NCBI GenBank assembly: GCA_964347945.1
Contig: CAYGAW010000053.1
Location: forward strand, 1 to 59,205
Source of the DNA: an uncultured Anaerolineales bacterium
GTDB lineage: Bacteria > Chloroflexota > Anaerolineae > UBA7937 > B3-Chlor
Length of the DNA stretch: 59,205 bases
Reading direction: 5' to 3'
The notes under the pieces: model-generated
Told to the model about the DNA's origin: nothing
Seen by the model: only the letters and a program-made list of their open reading frames with translations
Database searches by the model: none
Shown: positions 36,929-44,763 of the stretch, in pieces
Layout of the letters: each line of letters begins with the position of its first letter
How positions within the stretch are numbered: the stretch's first letter is position 1
Made by a program: the position numbers and the translations under genes

Positions 36929-37780
36929 TCAGTCATCACGCGTTCGCACCAAGGCCGTCACCACCTCTTCAACAAGCGGGGTTGATGGTGCATCTTTCAA
37001 GTGTGCCATGCGGCGATAGACGTCCGCCGCCGCAGCGTGAAACCCTCCAGGGAGGCCAGCTTCCGCAAAGGTGGCTGAGATCTCCTCCATCTCGCCAGCA
37101 AACCGCCACGCCTTGGCCGTGACCCGTCGACTGCGGTCCACAGCCTCCCCGGCAAATCCAGGCCAGTTCCTCTCCCATCGCTGCTCCAGCTCCTCCCACA
37201 CATCAAGCGCCTGCGCCGTGGCCAGGATGGCGCACAGCAGCGCTGTGCTTCCCTTGGTCCAAGCAGAGTAGCACATCTTGAGCGCCGACGCCTTGCCAAT
37301 CGCCTCACCAACGACCGTGGTTTCCAGAGGGCCGGCAGAGAAGCAGGCCGCTACTTTGGCAGCGTCCCTGCCCGAGAGGTAGAGCCAGGTGAAGTTCGGT
37401 TCCCATGCGGGTGCGCCGATGATGCCGCCATCCACGAAGCTCACGCCAGCAGTCGTCATCCGCTCGCCGATGTGCACCGCTCGCTGGGGAGAGATAGCGT
37501 TGGCATCCAGATAGAGGCCCGCGAAACCGTGGCTCAGGACTTGCTCGGCCACATCCTCGGCGGCGTGGGGCGGGCAGACGCAGACCATGACCGAGCAGAC
37601 TTGGCACAGGTTTGCCATGGTGCCTGCATCGTGGAGGGTGAATTGATCCGCCCGCTGGCTGGTTTGCGCACTGCGCCCTTCTGAGGCCCAATAGACCTCG
37701 CAACCGCTGTTCTGCGCCGAAGCCGCCACGGAGATGCCCATATTCCCCGGATGCAGAATGCCCAGTTTTGGCTTCTGCAT
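36929..37780 (-). CDS. NAD(P)-dependent oxidoreductase (6-PGDH-type NAD-binding domain plus DUF1932-like C-terminus)
   Basis: KLGILHPGNMGISVA Rossmann motif. Start set at MQKPKLG (ATG 37780). Confidence 0.75.
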   Translation of the reverse strand: MQKPKLGILHPGNMGISVAASAQNSGCEVYWASEGRSAQTSQRADQFTLHDAGTMANLCQVCSVMVCVCPPHAAEDVAEQVLSHGFAGLYLDANAISPQRAVHIGERMTTAGVSFVDGGIIGAPAWEPNFTWLYLSGRDAAKVAACFSAGPLETTVVGEAIGKASALKMCYSAWTKGSTALLCAILATAQALDVWEELEQRWERNWPGFAGEAVDRSRRVTAKAWRFAGEMEEISATFAEAGLPGGFHAAAADVYRRMAHLKDAPSTPLVEEVVTALVRTRDD

Positions 37781-37864
37781 TGTCTCGTTCCTTCTCGATT
37801 TCCTATCCAAATGACGCTGTCCTCCTGGCGACCCACCGCAACGAACTGTTGGGCACGCCGGCTT

Positions 37865-38515
37865 CTAGGATGTCCCCTGGTCACAGCCCATAGTAACCGT
37901 ATGCACTGGGATAGATCGTGCTCCAACCAGGATCACCCGCGTATGCAGCACGTACACTGGTGGCCCCGGCTGCTCGCTCAAATGCGGCCTGCTAGCGGTG
38001 GTGACTCTCCCAGCATACTCACGGCCCAACACCTGATATCGATGCTGCAGCGTCCACGGATACCGGCCATTCACCCGTACCTGGTAGTTCTGGCGCACGC
38101 TCACGTTCTCTCCCAGCGTCGCTTCCCCGTGCTCCAGCACCTCTACCGTCCTGTGGGCCATCTGATACCGCCACGCCAGGAGGGCAACCCCTGCACTCAG
38201 GACGAGCCCGCCCAGTTCCGCGAAGGGCAGGCCAACGAACGCAGCGACGATCGAGATCGTCAGAGCAGTGCCCACCACGCCGAACACGAAGCCCCACGGC
38301 GAGAAGACCAGAGCGGCGATGGGCCAACCATCGGTGGATAGGATGTGCCACATAACCTGGCACGGCACGTTGCGAGGTGGTAAGGGAGGAGCAGCCAAGC
38401 TCTCTGCGGACGGAGTCGGCACCATGTCGGCTGGAAGGGGCAGGGAGCCACCGCACTTGTCACAGTTTGACTGGAAGGATGTGTAGTCTGTTCCACACCA
38501 GGGACAGGTTGCCAC
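37865..38515 (-). CDS. Zn-ribbon plus TM plus DUF3592-like membrane protein
   Basis: CPWCGTDY...CDKCGG, two TM helices, and a C-terminal beta-rich block like DUF3592. Confidence 0.7.
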   Translation of the reverse strand: MATCPWCGTDYTSFQSNCDKCGGSLPLPADMVPTPSAESLAAPPLPPRNVPCQVMWHILSTDGWPIAALVFSPWGFVFGVVGTALTISIVAAFVGLPFAELGGLVLSAGVALLAWRYQMAHRTVEVLEHGEATLGENVSVRQNYQVRVNGRYPWTLQHRYQVLGREYAGRVTTASRPHLSEQPGPPVYVLHTRVILVGARSIPVHTVTMGCDQGTS

Positions 38516-38636
38516 ATCGATCTCCAGAGTTGACCGGGTCGGTATCGTGGCGCCTGGTCATCTCCATTTGAGCAGCCTGGGGCCGGCCCGCTCGAGCTGA
38601 ACCTCGCGCACGTCCCAAGTCCACGCCAGCCCGTAT

Positions 38637-39224
38637 TCAGGCGGCTGACGGCCACTTTGATCTCCATTCATCCGGCGTATAGGCCCATCCCAGCTGTGTG
38701 CACACAACCTGCCATCGATCCTGCGTCTCAGGCGCATACAAGAACGGCACATAGCCCAGCTTCAGATACGTTTTCAATGCCGCCAGGCGAAAATCCTCGG
38801 TGAAGAGATGAATCTTCCTATAGCCCGCGTCGATGAACCTCGCTGTAACAGCAGCTGATACAGCGATGCCCAATCCTTTCCCAGCATGGGCAGGATCCCC
38901 TGCCAGCCAGCCCAATTCGCCCCAAAAAGGATAGGTGCCCTTGTAGTTGTGCAGTGCCATAGCTGTGGCGACAATCTCCTTGGTCTCCTCGTGGATGACC
39001 ATGAACCAGCCATTTGGGAGGATCTTCGCCAAGGAACGTTCCAGGACCTCATCATTCCAACCGGCCCAACCGGCCAATCCCATGACTTCATAGAAGCGAG
39101 GGATATCTCCCTCTTGGTACGTGCGCAACATATATCCAGGAGGCAACCGAACCATTGGTCGAGAATCAAGCAGATGCTCCGGCCAAAACATACGCAGTTG
39201 TTCGTACGAATTGTTGTTGTCCAT
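38637..39224 (-). CDS. GNAT family N-acetyltransferase
   Basis: Acetyl-CoA motif A region DPAHAGKGLGIAVSAAV...LKTYLKLGY. Confidence 0.8.
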   Translation of the reverse strand: MDNNNSYEQLRMFWPEHLLDSRPMVRLPPGYMLRTYQEGDIPRFYEVMGLAGWAGWNDEVLERSLAKILPNGWFMVIHEETKEIVATAMALHNYKGTYPFWGELGWLAGDPAHAGKGLGIAVSAAVTARFIDAGYRKIHLFTEDFRLAALKTYLKLGYVPFLYAPETQDRWQVVCTQLGWAYTPDEWRSKWPSAA

Positions 39225-39530
39225 CTTCTCTAAGCGGATAAGCTATGGAGACACAACACTTGACGGCTGTAAGACGGAAGAACTCACCGTTCGGGCGGAC
39301 AGTGCACAGCCTGCGTCCACCTCTAGTTCCGCAGCGGTAAGGTGCAGGGGATCATGGGCCGCCCTTCAGTCTAACAGGCGCTACGGAAGAGCATGCTCTA
39401 CATCACCCCACCGTGCACTATCAGCTGCCCTCTTCTGTGCAGCTACAGGCTGTTCTGCTCTCTGGAGAGGCACAACGTTGCAGACCCGTGCGAAGAAAGG
39501 GCAAGGAGGCAGCATGACCTGGAACTTGCA

Positions 39531-39710
39531 CTACTCTCCTACGACCCTGAGCGTGAGCGTAAGGGCAATAGCTCCTAGTAGCGCTGAAAGCAACCCCGCA
39601 ACCACCCCCGTAAGCACGGGAGACGGGTCTGTGGCCACTGCAACTCCTGACCCCACCGCACCTCCAACACCCGCTGATACCCCAACTGCCATCTTGTGTG
39701 ATCTTTTCAT
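39531..39710 (-). CDS. possible small Gly-zipper membrane peptide (59 aa)
   Basis: MKRSHKMAVGVSAGVGGAVGSGVAVAT...LLSALLGAIALTLTL behind GGAGGA. A competing antisense ORF with an AAGGAGG SD starts at 39514 on the plus strand. Confidence 0.3.
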   Translation of the reverse strand: MKRSHKMAVGVSAGVGGAVGSGVAVATDPSPVLTGVVAGLLSALLGAIALTLTLRVVGE

Positions 39711-40009
39711 TATATGCATCTCCTCCATGGTTGGTTCAGCGGTGAGGAAGGTTCTTCCTAGGCCTCGCGCGCTCCAGAGCCTGCCTTTCTGCTGGGCCGC
39801 CTAGCTACTGATTGTGCCCACTCCTTCCAGCCTGGTCGGTCAGCCTAGGCAGCGCACAGATTTCTAGCCACAGACACGCGATAAGGAGGGCCCGTCTCAT
39901 GAACCAGACACCTGCCACGCAGCTTGCTGAGGCCGAGCGCGATCAAACTTTCACCGGCCAGCAGACAGGTCCTTCGCTGCACAGCAGCGCCAAGTTTCAT
40001 GATGACTCT

Positions 40010-40957
40010 CTATTGAAAGACATAGGTCGTGCCGACACTGTTGAGTATGAACTGGCCTGGCATCTCCGCGGCAAACTGATTGATCGCTTTCCACCCTGTG
40101 CAATGCATGGGCACGACATACTGCGGGCCTATCTTCTTCATCTCCTCAATGGTTCGCCCAATGATAGGCTCGAATACTGGCCCATTGAGATGGAACCCGC
40201 CCAGAACTGCATGAACCACGTCCGTTCGTGCAACATCCTGGGCGTGTTTGACCGTGTTGATGATCCCGGCGTGGGAACATCCGCCGATAACTACCAACCC
40301 CTTGCCCCTTACCTTCACTGCTACGCCTTGGTCATCGTGGAAAGGATCCACAACCCAGTCCCCATCGATTCTTGCTTCGGCCCAAGGGAACCCTCTCTCA
40401 AAACCCGTTACTCGCTCCACCTCGCCTGTAACCAGCACAAGATCTGAGGCCAATGTAGAAGCCTCCTCGGTCTTGTGAGGGACTGCGCCGGCTTCCTCCA
40501 GGGCTTGCCCGTCTAGCGAGGGCAACGGCGTGGGCTGTCCGGCATAAGGGATGTTGAGACGGCGCTCAAGAAAAGCATCCGGATGGAGGGCCAAGGCTAT
40601 TCCCTCACGGGTCCTTGTCAGAAGCTCTGGCAGACCTCCGAAATGGTCGAAATGACCATGGCTCAGGACTACAGACTCAACCTGGCTCAGGTCCACCTTC
40701 AAGAGATCCACATTGTGGAAGAGACACGTCGCCGATATGCCTGCGTCCATCAGTACTACGTGTTGCTCCGAGTCTGCGTGGACTTTGAGCAGGCACGATA
40801 ATCCGTGTTCCGCTACGGGGGCGCTCGGAGGAGGGGTTCTCAGTCGTTGGACGAGCTCCGTGCTCTGCATCAACAGTAGGTCGGTGTAATTGTCCAGTAG
40901 GATTGTGACTTCCAGTTTGTCTGCTTCCCGCAGATGCACTTCAGCCATGGTGCGCAA
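40010..40957 (-). CDS. MBL-fold metallo-hydrolase
   Basis: VLSHGHFDHFGG (HxHxDH) and the downstream GCSHAG and PMHCTG metal-ligand regions. Confidence 0.85.
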   Translation of the reverse strand: MRTMAEVHLREADKLEVTILLDNYTDLLLMQSTELVQRLRTPPPSAPVAEHGLSCLLKVHADSEQHVVLMDAGISATCLFHNVDLLKVDLSQVESVVLSHGHFDHFGGLPELLTRTREGIALALHPDAFLERRLNIPYAGQPTPLPSLDGQALEEAGAVPHKTEEASTLASDLVLVTGEVERVTGFERGFPWAEARIDGDWVVDPFHDDQGVAVKVRGKGLVVIGGCSHAGIINTVKHAQDVARTDVVHAVLGGFHLNGPVFEPIIGRTIEEMKKIGPQYVVPMHCTGWKAINQFAAEMPGQFILNSVGTTYVFQ

Positions 40958-41675
40958 CCTCCATTCGCATCTCGTAGGCTATCGTTCCTGGCATCCCCGG
41001 CCCGCTCCAGCGACTTGCTAGCCTGCGCGCCCATAGTTTGCCTAGCACGACCTCCGGCTGTTGTAAGTAGCTCTGCACCTCTGCATAGAATCTCCCCATG
41101 TGCATTCCATCCATCAGTGCATGATGTCCTTGCACACTCAAGGGCATCTTCAAGACCCTCCCCTCTTCGAAGAACTTCCCCCAGGCAAAACGTGGCACAG
41201 AATCCGCTGGATGCAATTGGAGCGGATGCATGAAGCTGGTGAACGACACCCAAGGGATCGCAGTCATGTACAACAGATCGTCTCGTCCTTGCTCGTTTCC
41301 TAAGGTCGGATGCTCTTTCATGTAGGCTATCTGCTCGTCCGCTCTGGCTGCAAACAACGAGAAGTCCTCAGTATAGTCAAACGTACAGAAGCTGAACAGA
41401 TCCTCATCCGCCAGAATAGTTCCAGATGGGTGTACGATCTCGTGCTCTACCACCTCTCCTGGCCGAATGCGATACCTAAACTCGGGAATCGCGTTCGCTG
41501 CTCGTGTGAGCACGTAGACGATCCCCACAGTAAACGAAAAGCCACGCTGCTTGACAACTGGATGAAATGTTGTCAGGTCTACATTTACACACATGCTGAA
41601 GTGTGGGTAATCCCAGTCCCTGAACACTCTGAAGTGTTCGCGTCGTGGCCACGTCTGTATGTCGATCCGACGCAT
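40941..41675 (-). CDS. CatA-like (type A chloramphenicol acetyltransferase family) O-acetyltransferase
   Basis: WPRREHFRVFRDWDYPHF N-terminus and catalytic LSVQGHHALMDGMH. About 25 aa of C-terminal extension overlaps the MBL gene start. Confidence 0.85.
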   Translation of the reverse strand: MRRIDIQTWPRREHFRVFRDWDYPHFSMCVNVDLTTFHPVVKQRGFSFTVGIVYVLTRAANAIPEFRYRIRPGEVVEHEIVHPSGTILADEDLFSFCTFDYTEDFSLFAARADEQIAYMKEHPTLGNEQGRDDLLYMTAIPWVSFTSFMHPLQLHPADSVPRFAWGKFFEEGRVLKMPLSVQGHHALMDGMHMGRFYAEVQSYLQQPEVVLGKLWARRLASRWSGPGMPGTIAYEMRMEVAHHG

Positions 41676-41913
41676 AGCTGCCTCCCAGACTGATACATAT
41701 GTATTCAGATGGATGTGGAATCGGTCTTCAGCAGCCTAACTACTGACTGGTCGGACCGCTTTCGCCACAGTGGATTGGGCTAACTAGGCGGAAAGGGTCC
41801 TGCGTGGCGCACCCGATTTGGGATGCGCCATGCAGAGTATCCGCCATGCTGCGTGGAATGAGGTCTACGCCGTGTCTAGCGGCAGGACTCAGGCCGAACT
41901 ACCCGCGAGCCAA

Positions 41914-42966
41914 CTATTCCACGGGGTTGCCGCAGTTAGGGCAGAACTTAGAGCCAGCCGGGATATCGGCCTTGCAGTTCGCGCAAATCATGGCCTCGCC
42001 AATCTTGGCCCCGCAGTGGTTGCAGAACTTGGCAGTAGCGGATATGGGATTGCCGCAACTGGGACAGGTCCTTGTGGCTGCAGTAGCGCCCGCAGCAGCC
42101 GCGCCGCCCTGCATGGCCTGGCCCATGATTCCTGCCATCATGGCGCCCATTCCGACACCGGCTCCCATACCTGCCCCCATCTGCGCAAACGTCCCGGCAC
42201 CTTCACCAGTAGCCATAGCGGCCTCTTCAACGGCCCGTGCGGTCTTGAACTGCAGGTACTTTTGCATGTCCCCAATCGCACCCATCGCTGCCCGCTCGTC
42301 GATGGCTTTGGCCGTCTCCTCCGTGGGCGAGATGTTGCTCACGAACAGGATCTTCAGGTCTATACCCACGGTGTTGAAATCGTCCTGCGCCTTGGCCTTC
42401 GTACCAGCGCCAATCTCCTCGTACAGCCTGGGCAGATCGAAGATGGACTTGCTCGCCTCGCCCAGAACGTCGGTCAGGTTGGAGATGATGATGCTGCGCA
42501 GGAAGTTCTCGATGTCGTTGGTGTAGTAGAGTCCCTGCGTGCCGACGATCTTGTTCACGAAGAGCTGGGCATCCTTGATCTGCATCGAATAGGTGCCAAA
42601 GGCCCGCACGCGGACCATGCCCAGGTCCGTGTCCCGCAACGCCACTGCCTCTGGGGTCCCCCACTTCTGATCCACGTACTCCCGCATGTTGGCGAAGTAG
42701 ACCTCTGCCTTGAAGGGCGTCTCGCCACTGAAGGCCTTTCCGATGAGGTCGACCAGCAACGGGATGTTTGCCGTGGAGATAGTATGCCGGCCTGGACCAA
42801 ACACGTCCAGCGCCTTGCCGTCGCGGAAGAAGACCGCTTGCTGGCTCTCGCGCACTATGACCTGAGAGCCAATACGGAAATCTCCCGAACCCTGCTCGGG
42901 GATGCGATGCACCATCTCGCGACCCGTCGCATCGAAATACTCTATGACGTCGAAAACCCTTGCCAT
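41914..42966 (-). CDS. SPFH/band-7 domain protein with two C-terminal Zn-ribbons (COG4260/YdjI-like)
   Basis: SPFH-like N-terminal two-thirds, Gly/Ala/Met-rich linker, then CPSCGNPISATAKFCNHCG and CANCKADIPAGSKFCPNCG. Confidence 0.85.
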   Translation of the reverse strand: MARVFDVIEYFDATGREMVHRIPEQGSGDFRIGSQVIVRESQQAVFFRDGKALDVFGPGRHTISTANIPLLVDLIGKAFSGETPFKAEVYFANMREYVDQKWGTPEAVALRDTDLGMVRVRAFGTYSMQIKDAQLFVNKIVGTQGLYYTNDIENFLRSIIISNLTDVLGEASKSIFDLPRLYEEIGAGTKAKAQDDFNTVGIDLKILFVSNISPTEETAKAIDERAAMGAIGDMQKYLQFKTARAVEEAAMATGEGAGTFAQMGAGMGAGVGMGAMMAGIMGQAMQGGAAAAGATAATRTCPSCGNPISATAKFCNHCGAKIGEAMICANCKADIPAGSKFCPNCGNPVE

Positions 42967-42997
42967 TTCATTGTCCTCCTAATTCGTCTGTCCTAGC

Positions 42998-43531
42998 TTA
43001 CACAGACTCCCCCGCAGTCAGGATCACGTCCTTCCTGCGGTCAAGGGTAGTGTTCAGTTCCTGCAAGAGAAGCAGCGCGTCGTTGGCCAGAGGCCTCAGC
43101 TCTTCCCCGCCCATGGCTGCGATAGCTACCTTGTCCATTGTTTCGGCCAGTTGCTCAACCGAGGTAGTGAGCGCGTTGTCGTAGATGTAGAGGGCATCAA
43201 GTTGCTCCTCCTTGACCCGCACCGCGTCGAACAAACCAGCGTAACCGTATTCGGCCACCTTCAGGCGGTCGATGAGCAGTTGAAGCTGGAGCATCGTCCT
43301 CTCCAGCAACCCCAGATCTTGTAGCTTTCCCTCACTGGCCAACTGATTCTGAACGTTGGACAGCTTGCTTCGCTGCTCCTCGAAGCGCCGCGAGAGGTGC
43401 ATCCGCAATAGCTTGTCCGCCTCCCGGCGCATCTCCTTCTCTTTGTAGCCCCGATAGCCAGGGATCGCACCCACCAGCTTCTCTAGCGACCCGCGGGCAT
43501 CCGATACCGTACCTCTGAGATCCTCCATCAT
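42998..43531 (-). CDS. hypothetical coiled-coil protein co-oriented with the SPFH gene
   Basis: ORF track. Heptad-like helical sequence. 31 nt upstream of the SPFH gene. No recognisable motif. Confidence 0.6.
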   Translation of the reverse strand: MMEDLRGTVSDARGSLEKLVGAIPGYRGYKEKEMRREADKLLRMHLSRRFEEQRSKLSNVQNQLASEGKLQDLGLLERTMLQLQLLIDRLKVAEYGYAGLFDAVRVKEEQLDALYIYDNALTTSVEQLAETMDKVAIAAMGGEELRPLANDALLLLQELNTTLDRRKDVILTAGESV

Positions 43532-43666
43532 TCACCCACCTCCCGTTGTCATCCGGCCTTCGCTCCGGGCCTGTCTACATTGTAACTCATGTCAGCTCAA
43601 AAGGTAAAGCCGCGATCAGCCGGTGCACTTCATCAGACTCTGCTCGAGGAGATCGCTACACGCTCC

Positions 43667-44206
43667 CTAAGCGTAGAAGCAGAGCATGGTGCTGCCATAC
43701 TTGCGCTGATCGGTGAGTTGCAGGTTCGCCAGTTCCAGCTCCTCGTACTCCTTGGGATGGATCTGGGCCACCACCAAGCCACCGGGCGACAGAAGGCCGC
43801 TCTGATCCACGGCCCGGAGGGTCTTGGCCCACAGCCCTTGGTATTGCGGTGGCGCGACATAGATCAGATCGAAGGGCTCCAAGTCTTGCTTTGTCAGGAA
43901 AGCAAAGACGTCTGACTTGACCACCCGCGCCCTGTCAACTAGCCTGGTGTGGGTTAGGTTGTCCTTGATAGTGGCAATCGCTTGTCTCCCCCGATCCACA
44001 AATACCGCGCTGTGCGCTCCCCGGCTGAGGGCCTCAATCCCTACGCTTCCCGTGCCAGCGTAGAGATCAAGGAAACGGGCATCCACCACCATATCCCCCA
44101 ATATGCCAAAGAGGGCTTCCTTGACCCTCTCCCCGACGGGGCGAGTGGAGGATCCAGGCACCATCTTCAGCCTGCGGCCTTTGGCCTCACCTGCTATGAC
44201 CCTCAT
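43667..44206 (-). CDS. rsmD: 16S rRNA (guanine966-N2)-methyltransferase
   Basis: MRVIAGEAKGRRL, FLDLYAGTGSVGIEALSRG, IYVAPPQY (DPPY-like). Start at ATG 44206 behind GGAGGA; the longer ORF extension is Arg/Pro junk. Confidence 0.9.
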   Translation of the reverse strand: MRVIAGEAKGRRLKMVPGSSTRPVGERVKEALFGILGDMVVDARFLDLYAGTGSVGIEALSRGAHSAVFVDRGRQAIATIKDNLTHTRLVDRARVVKSDVFAFLTKQDLEPFDLIYVAPPQYQGLWAKTLRAVDQSGLLSPGGLVVAQIHPKEYEELELANLQLTDQRKYGSTMLCFYA

Positions 44207-44760
44207 GTTCTGTCCTCCATTCCTGCCTCTCGAGCCAGTTGTCCTCGGCGGAGGAATGACTGTAGCCGCGCTGGCCGATATAGACGACCGTCCAATAGCA
44301 GCCAGACGAGGATGGCGACACCTCCCAGCTCCAAAGGTATGGTGAGGCGATCCTCCCGGACCACCTCTCTGTATGCCTCGAGCATACCTCGGACCGAGTG
44401 AAGATCGCGCCAGTTTCCGAACCGCCTGCCGAAGAAAGGATGAAGCAGCGTGTGCGGAAAACGCCACATACGATCTGTGAGAAGATGGCTGTTGAAGGCC
44501 AGGGCGTAGGGCAGCCATTCGCGCGCGAGGAGCAGCGTGGTCAGCAAGATTGGCAGCTGGCAAAAGAACAGTGTATGGGCCCAGACCTGCCCCGTCCGAT
44601 GCTTGGAGAGGCCGCTCAATGCCAGAGCCTTATCGCTCAGGTCGGGGGCCACTGCCCCCACGGCGACCAGGCGATAGTCTGCCTCCCGAAAGAGACCCGC
44701 CCTCTTCTGCAGCAACCTGAGGCCGCCCCAAGCGTAGGCGATGTGGCCCAGCGGCAGCAT
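44203..44760 (-). CDS. DUF457/YdjM-like membrane-bound metal-dependent hydrolase
   Basis: MLPLGHIAYAW..., APDLSDK, SHLLTD patterns. Its TGA overlaps the rsmD ATG (ATGA). It starts 3 nt after the valS stop. Confidence 0.7.
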   Translation of the reverse strand: MLPLGHIAYAWGGLRLLQKRAGLFREADYRLVAVGAVAPDLSDKALALSGLSKHRTGQVWAHTLFFCQLPILLTTLLLAREWLPYALAFNSHLLTDRMWRFPHTLLHPFFGRRFGNWRDLHSVRGMLEAYREVVREDRLTIPLELGGVAILVWLLLDGRLYRPARLQSFLRRGQLAREAGMEDRT

Positions 44761-44763
44761 CCC

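Noticed and set aside
39280-39292. GAAC-N5-GTTC near-LexA box (GAACTCACCGTTC)
   Set aside because: The spacer is 5 nt rather than 4, which breaks the dyad spacing required by Cheo-type LexA operators.
41818-42996. 392-aa plus-strand ORF (and 41804..42526)
   Set aside because: It is antisense to the SPFH/Zn-ribbon gene, whose domains are unambiguous.
44207-44563. N-terminal 119-aa extension of the rsmD ORF
   Set aside because: The extension is Arg/Pro/Ala-rich and overlaps the DUF457 gene in another frame. ATG 44206 has a GGAGGA SD and gives a normal-length RsmD.
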